From Nannocystaceae bacterium (GTDB taxonomy: Bacteria; Myxococcota_A; Polyangia; Nannocystales; Nannocystaceae), in NCBI GenBank assembly GCA_016763875.1, contig JAESSZ010000815.1:1-26656 (forward strand): a stretch of 26,656 nucleotides of DNA, given 5' to 3'. The translations under genes were made by a program, and so were the position numbers. Below, one piece after another: positions 8,573 through 16,590 of the stretch. The first letter of the stretch is position 1. Each line of letters opens with the position of its first letter. The notes below the pieces were generated by a model. The model saw only the letters and a list, made by a program, of their open reading frames with translations. It was not told where the DNA came from and searched no databases.

Positions 8573-8649
8573 GCGGGGGTGGGCAATTTTGGTAAAGCCG
8601 CTCGGTTCAGACCCGAGAGATTCTGCGGGTTCGATCCCCGCCCCCCGCA
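8573..8649 (+). tRNA. trnL: tRNA-Leu(CAG), atypical: short 7-nt variable region, A37, CCA not encoded
   Basis: Cloverleaf folded by hand: acceptor GCGGGGG/CCCCCGC (7 bp), D arm GGC..GG..GCC, anticodon stem CTCGG/CCGAG with loop TTCAGAC, T arm GCGGG-TTCGATC-CCCGC, discriminator A at 8649. Confidence 0.9.
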
Positions 8650-8815
8650 TTTTTGTCTCTGAAGACTGGCGCCGGGTGGCAAGCCGGCTACTCACACCCC
8701 TCTTGACCGGCCTCATGATCGAAGATGTCCGCCGCGGATCCATGTGTATCGATCGACGGAGAACCCGTTCAGGTCGAAGGACGCTCCTCCGCGGGCTACG
8801 ATTCGGACTGTTCGC

Positions 8816-9712
8816 TCAGCCCCAGCGTCCGTCCACGATCGTATACCCGGGCACCGTCGTCGATTCGACCTTCGCTCCGATCCCAACCAGCGCATCCCGC
8901 ACGCCGCCTGGCCTTGTCGCAACCGCGATGACGCGCGCAGTTGGAGCGAGCCACTTTCTCAGGCCCGTCCACAACTTCGTCAGACTCTCGGCGTCTGCGT
9001 GGGTCGGCGGATTGACCAGCGCCAGCTCAACATCGACCGCGGCCGATTTCGGCAGACCATCCGAAGCAAGCACATCAACGCGCGCGGACAGTCCGAGCTC
9101 TTCGACGTTCCTCCGCGCAAGCGACACCGCGAGTAGGTTGCTGTCCACCGCCGTCACCTTCGTCTCCGTCCAGCGCTTCGCCGCCCAGATCGCCAGCGGC
9201 CCAATGCCCGCGCAAAGATCGACCATGTGCTTCGGCGCATCGAGCTGCAGCCCCGCGGTGTAACGCATCAACGCGGCGGTACCCGCATCCAAACCACGCC
9301 GCGAGAACACACCCGGTGCAGAATGCAGGGAGACCCCGGGGAGCAGGTCCTCATCCGTGATCGTGTAGCGCTGCCCGAGAACCTCGGCCCAGACTTTCGT
9401 GCGGTCCCGCGTGCACTCGGCCCGAAACAGTCGGTATCCCTTACTGCGTCCGACGATGTCGACGGGACCGATGAGTGTCCGCATCGCATCGGCGACGGTG
9501 TCCGCGCCCTTCGACTTGCGCACGGCGCACCACACCGCCCCGCCCTCACGCACGCTTTGTGCGGCCCTCACCAAGCACCGACGCGTGAAGTCCTTCCCGA
9601 GGTGGGCCCGGGGCCAGACGATGGCGGCACGCGGCTGGCGCGGCAGCGAAATCGGTCCCAGTTGGTCCTCGATCGTGTCCGCGACCGCGCCGATTCGCTC
9701 GCGCACATCCAA
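8816..9712 (-). CDS. rsmC: RsmC-like class I SAM methyltransferase (16S rRNA m2G1207 family); portion downstream of an in-frame TAG
   Basis: APGVFSRRGLDAGTAALM, motif I VDLCAGIGPL, motif IV LVNPPTHA. N-terminal half (AVRKSKGADTVADAM...GRSKGYRLF) resembles the non-catalytic RsmC N domain. Confidence 0.75.
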   Translation of the reverse strand: MDVRERIGAVADTIEDQLGPISLPRQPRAAIVWPRAHLGKDFTRRCLVRAAQSVREGGAVWCAVRKSKGADTVADAMRTLIGPVDIVGRSKGYRLFRAECTRDRTKVWAEVLGQRYTITDEDLLPGVSLHSAPGVFSRRGLDAGTAALMRYTAGLQLDAPKHMVDLCAGIGPLAIWAAKRWTETKVTAVDSNLLAVSLARRNVEELGLSARVDVLASDGLPKSAAVDVELALVNPPTHADAESLTKLWTGLRKWLAPTARVIAVATRPGGVRDALVGIGAKVESTTVPGYTIVDGRWG

Positions 9713-9721
9713 GATCAGTCG

Positions 9722-9856
9722 CTACGCCCCCGGCTCAAGCCCGGGCAGATCGCCGCTGTGGACCAGAAAGATGTCTCGCGACTCGATGCCTCGGATCGCC
9801 TTCACAAGCAGCGCGATGCCGGGGTCCCCTGGATTCAGCCCGTCAATGACCTCCAC
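9722..9856 (-). pseudogene. In-frame N-terminal extension of the RsmC-like gene, cut off by TAG at 9722-9724
   Basis: Same frame as 8816..9712 and open from 9892 to 9725. Reads VEVIDGLNPGDPGIALLVKAIRGIESRDIFLVHSGDLPGLEPGA*RLILDVRER. Confidence 0.6.
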
Positions 9857-9980
9857 GGCGCGAGAAGATATCTCACATGCTGCTCCCGCGCTTCAGGGGG
9901 TTAGGAGGCCGTGGTCTCCTGGACCGGCCACGTCGACTCGTGATAACTCCGTGTTGCTGCGCGGAATTCGCTGGTCTTCA

Positions 9981-10106
9981 GGGTGAAGGCGGCAAATCCC
10001 GCTGCGAGGTCGAAACTGCATGCGTGTCCACGGCGTCCCAAATGGGCACTGGGATGCAAAGCAGGCGGGCCAAACTCCTCAAGAGTGCGGGCCGCCCCTC
10101 CGGTTC
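9981..10106 (+). ncRNA. Candidate c-di-GMP-I (GEMM-I)-like riboswitch with an expanded P2
   Basis: GGCAAA (9991-9996), GCGA GNRA (10004-10007), GGGATGCAAAGC (10051-10062) and a P3-like hairpin containing GGGCCAAAC (10064-10096) occur in GEMM order. Deviations: about 40-nt insertion, G at the conserved A18 position, weak P1. Confidence 0.3.
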
Positions 10107-10110
10107 AAAC

Positions 10111-13100
10111 GTGAACAAGTTAGAAGCTTTTCTACCCCTGGTGGAGCCCGAAGCGCTGGTCCGTATTGCCAGCGCCAAAGCGTCCAAAGCCGGCCAAGAA
10201 CTTTTCGACGCTAACGCCGTCGCGGACATCGTGTTCAATGGCGATGCGGTCGAAGGCAAGGTCAAAGGCACCAAGCCGGTCCCGCACAGTACGGCGATTC
10301 ACCTCAAGTCTGGCGGCAAGGTCGTGGCGGAGTGCAGTTGCCCGACGTTCACGGACGGGTGGGAGAAGTTCTGCCACCACGCGGTGGCGCTGGGACTTGC
10401 GCTGCGACAGCAGTACCGAAGCGGCGCCGAGATCACGACCACGCAAAACCCGTGGGTCGCCGACGTGGCCGACGGTGTCGGCGCCAGTTCGCGCCGCTAC
10501 CAAATCGTTCAGCGTGCGGGCAGCTGGTTTGTCACCGTGTTCGCCGCGGGCTCGGCCGGTAGCGGATCGCGACGCAAGACTTCGGGCCGCGAAACGATGC
10601 CCCCGGCCGATCGCATGATCAGCCACTACCTTGAGCAAGAAAGCGATCGCGACGACGACGGCGCGCACGAACTCGAGGACGAGCCACTCGCAGGGTTGCT
10701 CTACTTCGCTCGTCACTCACAGGTCAGTCTCAAGGGCGTCGGCAAACTCAAGTTCGTCACCGAGCCCTTGGTCCTGCGCGTGCAAGCCGAGACCCGCAAA
10801 GACGGGCGCATCGACCTTCACGCGTTCCTCGAACATGAGCCTTCGCGTCGAACGTTCGAGGTCGACCAGGGCCGCATTGTCCGTGGCTCACCCACGTGGT
10901 TCATCTGGCCGGAGACCTCCGAGATCTTCATGGTGCTGGACACACCACCGTGGGTCCTGAGTGCGATCGCAGCCCAGCCGCGCATCTTGATGGACAATCG
11001 TTTCGACGCCGACCAAATGGACTCGCTGTCGGACCGCTTGCACACCGTTGGCGTGCCTCGTGGCGACCTGTTCGCGCTGGCGAGCGACGCCCGCGATGTC
11101 GAAAAGATCATCGTGACCATCGAGGGTTCGGGCGAGCGCGTCAAAGTGAGCCTGGCCGCGGTCTACGGCAACGTCACCATCAGCATTGTCGGCGAGGACC
11201 CCAAGTCGGCCCGATACCTCATCGAGGGCGGCGAACAACAGATCTCGTTCTTCCGCGATCTTGAGCGCGAAGACCAGGCCCGCAAGGTCCTCGCCGATCT
11301 CAAGCTCGACTGGAGCGACATCGAGAACGCTTTCACGGCAATCAAGGACGACGCGATCGAGTTTCTCGTTGCGGGCCTCCCGTTGCTCCCCGAGGACTGG
11401 GAGAAGCGCATTCCCAGGCTTCCCAAGATCCGCTCCAAGTCCCCGAACCCGCGCGTTTCGGTGTCGGCCGGCGACGGCTCGATGCTCGATGTCGAGGCGA
11501 TCGTCGACATCGACGGCGAGGAGGACCTCATCAGCTTCCGCGATCTGTTGCGCTGGCTGCACGAGGGGCGTCGGTGGATCACACTGGCTGACGGCAGTGT
11601 GGTGAAACTCGATCCGAAGATCCTCGAGCCCATGGCCGAAGCCGCGGGCGACATCCAGTTCGACAAGCAAGGTCACGCCGAGGTTTCGACACTCGAGCTC
11701 GGAAACCTCGCGCGCCTGTTGGGCGAGGTCCCGACACCGACTGTCGCCAAAGAGGTCAAGAAACTGCTCGAGACGATGACCGGTGACAAGGCAGCCAAGG
11801 CCCCACGCAAGGCCAAGGCGCTCACCGCCAAGCTCCGCGAGTACCAGCGCTCCGGCTTTGCGTGGCTATGGCAACTTCACCAAAACCGCATGACGGGGAT
11901 CCTCGCCGACGACATGGGTCTCGGCAAAACCGTGCAAGCACTGGCCCTGCTCACCAAAGCTAAGGAAGAAGAGGGCCAGGCACCATCGCTCATCGTGTGC
12001 CCGACCTCCGTGCTCTCGGTATGGAAACAAGAGGTCCACAAATGGGCTCCGTCGTTGTCGGTTTTGGTCTGGCATGGGCAAGACCGTGCTGAGAATCGCC
12101 GCCTGCTCAAGCGCACCGACATCATCGTCACGACGTACTCGATCTTGCGTCGCGACATCGAGGATCTGATCAAGATCCGCTTCCGCTACGTCATCCTCGA
12201 CGAGGCGCAGTACATCAAGAACTGGACCACAAGCACCGCCAAGAGCGCCAAGAGGCTCAAGTCGGACCATCGTTTGGCGCTCTCGGGTACCCCGGTAGAG
12301 AACCACCTGCTCGACTTGTGGGCGATCTTTGACTTCCTCGCCCCGGGCTTTCTGGGCAAGCTCACCGAGTTCCAAAAGAACTACGTCAAGCCCATCGAAG
12401 ACGGAGACACGCGCGCGCTGGACCAACTGCGGGTTCGTGTGCGCCCCTTCATCATGCGGCGCAAGAAGGAGGACGTAGCATCGGAGCTGCCCAAGAAGAC
12501 CGAGCAAACGCTCTTCATCCACTTCGGCAAGAGCCAGCTGGGTCTGTACAACCGCATCCTCAAGGCGGCCAAGAACGAGATCACGGGTCGGATCGACGAC
12601 GTCGGTGTCGAGAAGTCGCAGATGACGATTCTCGCCGCGCTCACCCGACTGCGTCAGGTGGCCTGCGATCCGAACCTGCTTGGGCTGCCCGAAGGTTCGG
12701 CCGTGCCTCCTTCGGCCAAGCTCGAGGCGTTCAAAGAACTCATCGGTGACTGCGTCGGTTCCGGGAGAAAGGCGCTGGTCTTCTCGCAGTTCGTGGAAAT
12801 GCAGAAGATCATTGCTGCGACGCTCGAAGAGATGGGCATCGGGTACGTGTGGCTGCACGGAGGTACCCGCAACCGCGAAGAGGTGGTCGCGGAGTTCCAG
12901 AACCCGAACGGACCGCCCGTCTTCCTTATCTCGCTGAAAGCCGGCGGTAGTGGGCTGACGCTCACCGAAGCCGACACCGTCATTCACTACGACCCTTGGT
13001 GGAACCCGGCGGTCGAAGACCAAGCGACCGACCGCGCCCATCGCATCGGCCAGGAGAAACCGGTCATGGTCTACCGCCTTGTGGTCGAAGACACGGTGGA

Positions 13101-13248
13101 ACAGAAGATGGTCGAACTCGGGCGTCGCAAACGTGAGGTCGCCGAAGGCGCGCTCGGACGCGACTCCATGGGCGGCAAGAAGCTCACGATGGGCGATATC
13201 GAGGAGCTGCTCATGACGCCCGCGGCCAACCCGTGGGACAACGTCTGA
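10111..13248 (+). CDS. SWIM zinc finger plus SNF2-family (SWI2/SNF2) helicase
   Basis: SWIM motif AECSCPTF...FCHHAV. SNF2 motifs GILADDMGLGKT, ILDEAQYIKN, LSGTPVENHL, LVFSQF, LISLKAGGSGLTLTEADTVIHYDPWWNPAVEDQATDRAHRIGQ. Start uncertain (ATG 10042, ATG 10054 or GTG 10111). Confidence 0.95.
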   Translation: MNKLEAFLPLVEPEALVRIASAKASKAGQELFDANAVADIVFNGDAVEGKVKGTKPVPHSTAIHLKSGGKVVAECSCPTFTDGWEKFCHHAVALGLALRQQYRSGAEITTTQNPWVADVADGVGASSRRYQIVQRAGSWFVTVFAAGSAGSGSRRKTSGRETMPPADRMISHYLEQESDRDDDGAHELEDEPLAGLLYFARHSQVSLKGVGKLKFVTEPLVLRVQAETRKDGRIDLHAFLEHEPSRRTFEVDQGRIVRGSPTWFIWPETSEIFMVLDTPPWVLSAIAAQPRILMDNRFDADQMDSLSDRLHTVGVPRGDLFALASDARDVEKIIVTIEGSGERVKVSLAAVYGNVTISIVGEDPKSARYLIEGGEQQISFFRDLEREDQARKVLADLKLDWSDIENAFTAIKDDAIEFLVAGLPLLPEDWEKRIPRLPKIRSKSPNPRVSVSAGDGSMLDVEAIVDIDGEEDLISFRDLLRWLHEGRRWITLADGSVVKLDPKILEPMAEAAGDIQFDKQGHAEVSTLELGNLARLLGEVPTPTVAKEVKKLLETMTGDKAAKAPRKAKALTAKLREYQRSGFAWLWQLHQNRMTGILADDMGLGKTVQALALLTKAKEEEGQAPSLIVCPTSVLSVWKQEVHKWAPSLSVLVWHGQDRAENRRLLKRTDIIVTTYSILRRDIEDLIKIRFRYVILDEAQYIKNWTTSTAKSAKRLKSDHRLALSGTPVENHLLDLWAIFDFLAPGFLGKLTEFQKNYVKPIEDGDTRALDQLRVRVRPFIMRRKKEDVASELPKKTEQTLFIHFGKSQLGLYNRILKAAKNEITGRIDDVGVEKSQMTILAALTRLRQVACDPNLLGLPEGSAVPPSAKLEAFKELIGDCVGSGRKALVFSQFVEMQKIIAATLEEMGIGYVWLHGGTRNREEVVAEFQNPNGPPVFLISLKAGGSGLTLTEADTVIHYDPWWNPAVEDQATDRAHRIGQEKPVMVYRLVVEDTVEQKMVELGRRKREVAEGALGRDSMGGKKLTMGDIEELLMTPAANPWDNV

Positions 13249-13396
13249 GTCCCGCACCATAAACGTGGGGCGTAGTGCGAGTCCGTGGTCCAAACACGCA
13301 CGGCTTGCGCGACTCCGAGCATGCAGATCGGGGCCAAACGCGCTTTAGGTGACCCCGACGGGCGCTCCGCGACGTAGACTAGGCGCCTTGGCTAGC

Positions 13397-15292
13397 ATGA
13401 CAAGAGCGACGGTTCCTTTTGCGTTTCTCGGCACGCTCGGCGTTTGGATGACGGGCTGCGCGGACCCCTGCGTCGACGACGGCCTTCTGCAGGACGTCGG
13501 ATCGCCACAAACCTGCCCCGAGTTGTACAGCGGGACGGATGGCGAGACTGGCTCCGACTCAGCAACGATGGGTGACGCCGACGCTGACGCTGACGCCGAC
13601 GCTGACGCTGACGCCGACGCCGACGCTGATGCTGACGGCGATGCGTCGGCCGGCGGCGAGAGCTGCGGCAACGGCATCCAGGACGGCGACGAGACGGACG
13701 TCGACTGCGGTGGCAGCTGCCCCGACGGCTGTGACACGGGTGAGGGTTGCGTCGAAGACAGCGACTGCGAATCCGACGACTGCGACGAGACCTCCGGGAC
13801 GTGCGGCGACGGTGGCGGAAGCGGCGGTGCTTCATGCGAAGACCGCACGCTCAACGGCGACGAAACCGACGTCGACTGCGGTGGCGCATGCGGCCCGAGT
13901 TGCGAAGTCGGCGAGATGTGCACCCAGGACGGCGACTGCATCTCCGACAGCTGCGGGGACGGCATGACCTGCGAAGGACCCGATGACGGCTGCTCGGACG
14001 AGCGGCAAAACGGCGATGAGACCGATGTCGATTGCGGTGGCGCATGCGGCCCGAGCTGCGAGGTCGGCGAGATGTGCATCGAGGACGGTGATTGCGTCTC
14101 CAACGATTGTGGCGATGCCGACACGTGCGTCCCTGCGCCACTGTGGTGCGCGGACACGGACGAGGACGGCTTCGGCGATCCCGACGACTGCACGATGGTT
14201 CCGGAAGGCGACGACCCTCCCGCAGGCACCGTGAATAACGACGACGACTGCGACGATGACAGCGAGTTCGCATTCCCCGGTGCGGCACCCAACGATGACG
14301 CGACCGCCTGCATGGAGGACAAAGACGGCGACGACTGGGGCGACGACGACCCGGCCGGAGTCGCGACCATAGTCGGTACCGACTGCAACGACGACAGTGC
14401 GACGGCCGCCAACGCCTTCCCCGGTGCGGCACCCAACGACGACGCGACCGCCTGCATGGAGGACAAAGACGACGACGACTGGGGTGACGACGACCCTTCG
14501 TCGGGAGACACGACCGCAGGTACCGACTGCGACGACGGCAGTGCCAGCGCCGCGTCTGCGTTTCCTGGCGCGGCAGAGAACGAGAGCAACGTCGCATGTA
14601 TGAAGGACGAGGACGAGGACGGCTGGGGTGACGACACACCACCCGCGGGCGTTACCGAGGGAAGCGACTGCGACGAGGATATGGCCCCTCCGTGCGCGCT
14701 ACTGGTCACCCAGCTTGGTGACAACTCTGAGGCCTACGACCAGGTCTTGACCGGTGCCCTCGACGACTTGGGCTACGTGACGAGCTACGTCGCCGATACT
14801 GACGCAACTCTGGCCGACGCCAATGGCTTCACGCTGCTCGTCATCTCCGAGACTGCGCAGTCCTCCGACATCGCTGGCACCTACCGCGACGCTCTGGTAC
14901 CGACGATCTGCCTCGAGGGACTCGTCTGGGACGAAATGGGCATTGCCGACAGCGGCCAGCCCTCGCCCTCGGGCTCCATGGAAATCCTCGCGGTGGGCTC
15001 ACCACTAGCCGGTGGACTCACCGGCGAAGTCGATGTCGTCACCGGAGGCGGCTCCGGCATCTTCTTCACCGCCCCTCCTGCGGCCGCCCAGCCGATCGCC
15101 AGCGTTCCGGGTAATGCCGCACAGGTGTCGTACTTCGTACTCGAGCAAGGGGACGCGATGCTGGCCGGCTTCTTGGCTCCGCGCCGACGTGTCGCTCTTG
15201 GCTACGACGCCGACCAGTCCGCGGGCGGAGCCACCATCGAAGACGACGGCGCGACGCTATTTTCGGGCGCGGTGACCTGGGTGACTCAGTAG
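13397..15292 (+). CDS. Large acidic Cys-rich repeat lipoprotein with a C-terminal flavodoxin/GATase-like globular domain
   Basis: Lipobox MTGC, (DA)10 linker, three GDETDVDCGG repeats, three DC(N/D)D...FPGAA...CMxDxDxDxWGDD repeats, then a non-repetitive domain (LGYVTSYV...LLVISE...VPTICLE). ATG 13397 preferred over 13349. Confidence 0.85.
   Translation: MTRATVPFAFLGTLGVWMTGCADPCVDDGLLQDVGSPQTCPELYSGTDGETGSDSATMGDADADADADADADADADADADGDASAGGESCGNGIQDGDETDVDCGGSCPDGCDTGEGCVEDSDCESDDCDETSGTCGDGGGSGGASCEDRTLNGDETDVDCGGACGPSCEVGEMCTQDGDCISDSCGDGMTCEGPDDGCSDERQNGDETDVDCGGACGPSCEVGEMCIEDGDCVSNDCGDADTCVPAPLWCADTDEDGFGDPDDCTMVPEGDDPPAGTVNNDDDCDDDSEFAFPGAAPNDDATACMEDKDGDDWGDDDPAGVATIVGTDCNDDSATAANAFPGAAPNDDATACMEDKDDDDWGDDDPSSGDTTAGTDCDDGSASAASAFPGAAENESNVACMKDEDEDGWGDDTPPAGVTEGSDCDEDMAPPCALLVTQLGDNSEAYDQVLTGALDDLGYVTSYVADTDATLADANGFTLLVISETAQSSDIAGTYRDALVPTICLEGLVWDEMGIADSGQPSPSGSMEILAVGSPLAGGLTGEVDVVTGGGSGIFFTAPPAAAQPIASVPGNAAQVSYFVLEQGDAMLAGFLAPRRRVALGYDADQSAGGATIEDDGATLFSGAVTWVTQ
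13574..13633 (+). repeat. Coding hexanucleotide microsatellite GA(C/T)GC(C/T) x10 encoding (Asp-Ala)10
   Basis: gacgcc gacgct gacgct gacgcc gacgct gacgct gacgcc gacgcc gacgct gatgct. Confidence 0.95.
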
Positions 15293-16260
15293 GCGGAGAA
15301 GAACGCCCAAATGGCCGAGCCCGCAAAGCTCGGCCAAGCGTGCGGACCAAAACTCTCCTCCAAGGTGTGCTCACACCACACGACGTCGTGCCCGTCGTTG
15401 CACCCCTGGTAGGTCACACAGGGATCCGGGTCGATCGGCGTCGTATCTTCACTGCACTCGTTGTTCTCGAGCCAGTGGTCGCGCGCGATCTTTCCCAGGC
15501 CGACGGGGACCACGTCGTCGTCGGTGTGGTGCGCCAGCCAGGCGGCGACCGAGCCCTCGCAGCCCGCTCCGGGCCCACCACCCGCGACGGGCGCGATGGC
15601 ACGGATGGTCTCTCCGCGCACGCAACCCATCGCGCTGCTGAAAAATCCGCCGTGGCTGTGGCCGGTCGCGAAGATCCGCGTCTCGTCGATGCACAGGTTT
15701 GCCGTGAAGTCGGCCAGCAACTGATCCATGAACGCGACGTCGATCCCGTTGGCGGACAGATCCCAGCCGGTCAGCCCACCCTGCTGCGCGTTAGGCAGTG
15801 CGTCCGGATACACGAGAATTGCATTGTTATCGGACGCCTCTTCCACGCCGTTGTAGGTGCGGAACTGCGGGCCATCGCCGCCACGCCCGTGGAACATGAA
15901 GACAAACGGGTAGGCACGATCAGGGTCGTACCCCTCGGGAAGGACCAGCAGAAAACGGCGCGCCTGCCCGTCGATCTCGACCTCGCCTGGGGCGGCGCCT
16001 GAGAATCCTGGGTCGACGCCGCACCCACTGTCGGACTGTCCCGTGCTGTCCGCTGAACCGTCGCCTTCAGAGGCTTCCTCGCCTTGGCCGCTGGCCTGCC
16101 CCGTTTCGGTCTGGGCCGCACCGGTGCTGGCCGCGCCAGACGTCGAGCCGGGCGCGGTGCCATCGGTCGTGCCACCACCCGTCTCCGATTGCGCGGGATC
16201 GGTGCCGGAATCACACCCGGCTAGTAATGCGCAAAGTACGAGTCCTTGGGTCCGCGACAT
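15286..16260 (-). CDS. Alpha/beta-hydrolase lipoprotein, PHB depolymerase/LpqC/feruloyl-esterase-like
   Basis: Lipobox LAGC, FVFMFHGRGG, nucleophile elbow TGHSHGG, HHTDD, C-terminal HAWP. Overlaps the convergent gene by 7 bp. Confidence 0.88.
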   Translation of the reverse strand: MSRTQGLVLCALLAGCDSGTDPAQSETGGGTTDGTAPGSTSGAASTGAAQTETGQASGQGEEASEGDGSADSTGQSDSGCGVDPGFSGAAPGEVEIDGQARRFLLVLPEGYDPDRAYPFVFMFHGRGGDGPQFRTYNGVEEASDNNAILVYPDALPNAQQGGLTGWDLSANGIDVAFMDQLLADFTANLCIDETRIFATGHSHGGFFSSAMGCVRGETIRAIAPVAGGGPGAGCEGSVAAWLAHHTDDDVVPVGLGKIARDHWLENNECSEDTTPIDPDPCVTYQGCNDGHDVVWCEHTLEESFGPHAWPSFAGSAIWAFFSAY

Positions 16261-16362
16261 TGCGGGACTGTATCAGGAGTCCCACCTTTGGCCTTCCGCC
16301 GCAGTCGCACAACCGCACATGGAATTCCAGGGCTCAGACGGCCCGTGAGGACCCCCGCCCCG

Positions 16363-16578
16363 ATGATGTTCTTCCTAGGATTGCTCGTAGGCACCACCGC
16401 GGGTTTCTTTTGCGCCGCGATGGCGCGCGCAGCGTCAGCCGATGTGACAGCTCGCGAGTTCACGGAACTCCCCCAGCTGCCCACGTTCCTGCAGGAGTCG
16501 CCGACCAACACGGGCCGGTACGCCTTCATCAACGAGTCGGCAGGCGAGTCTCGCTCGAACGGAAGCACCGGGACGTAG
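16363..16578 (+). CDS. Small single-TM protein (71 aa)
   Basis: MMFFLGLLVGTTAGFFCAAMARAAS hydrophobic GxxxG helix. GTGAGG lies about 12 nt upstream. Fills the gap between flanking genes without overlap. Confidence 0.5.
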   Translation: MMFFLGLLVGTTAGFFCAAMARAASADVTAREFTELPQLPTFLQESPTNTGRYAFINESAGESRSNGSTGT

Positions 16579-16590
16579 GCGAAGCAAGCG

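Noticed and set aside
8601-8617. Selenocysteine tRNA (TCA lies within the loop)
   Set aside because: Stem pairing CTCGG/CCGAG fixes a 7-nt loop centred on CAG. The 7-bp acceptor stem and short variable region are incompatible with tRNA-Sec.
8625-8815. tRNA 3' end as the attachment site of a genomic island
   Set aside because: I saw no duplicate of the tRNA 3' end and no integrase in the window. This was a visual scan, not an exhaustive search.
8816-9712. Methyltransferase as a dedicated m6A37 (TrmM/YfiC-like) enzyme for the adjacent A37 tRNA
   Set aside because: PGVFS..GLD.GT, the NPPxH motif and the degenerate N-terminal domain fit RsmC/RlmG-type guanine-N2 enzymes better. The convergent orientation gives no sign of co-regulation.
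8573-9724. tRNA acting as an amber suppressor or pyrrolysine tRNA for the neighbouring in-frame TAG
   Set aside because: The anticodon is CAG (reads CUG), not CUA. No pylS/pylBCD is in the window, and TAG ends many genes at natural C-termini (e.g. FIST, ptrB, AraC).
9877-10041. SNF2 start at 9877 as given by the ORF track
   Set aside because: The extra N-terminal segment is not protein-like, overlaps the divergent methyltransferase upstream region, and precedes any SWIM-SNF2 similarity.
1-13248. Defence island formed by the two helicases
   Set aside because: They are 7 kb apart, separated by signalling, surface and translation genes. SWIM-SNF2 proteins are commonly housekeeping, and no other defence or mobility genes are present.
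13249-13290. Intrinsic terminator after SNF2 (CCCGCAC-CATAAAC-GTGGGG)
   Set aside because: The stem is bulged and weak and has no U-tract.
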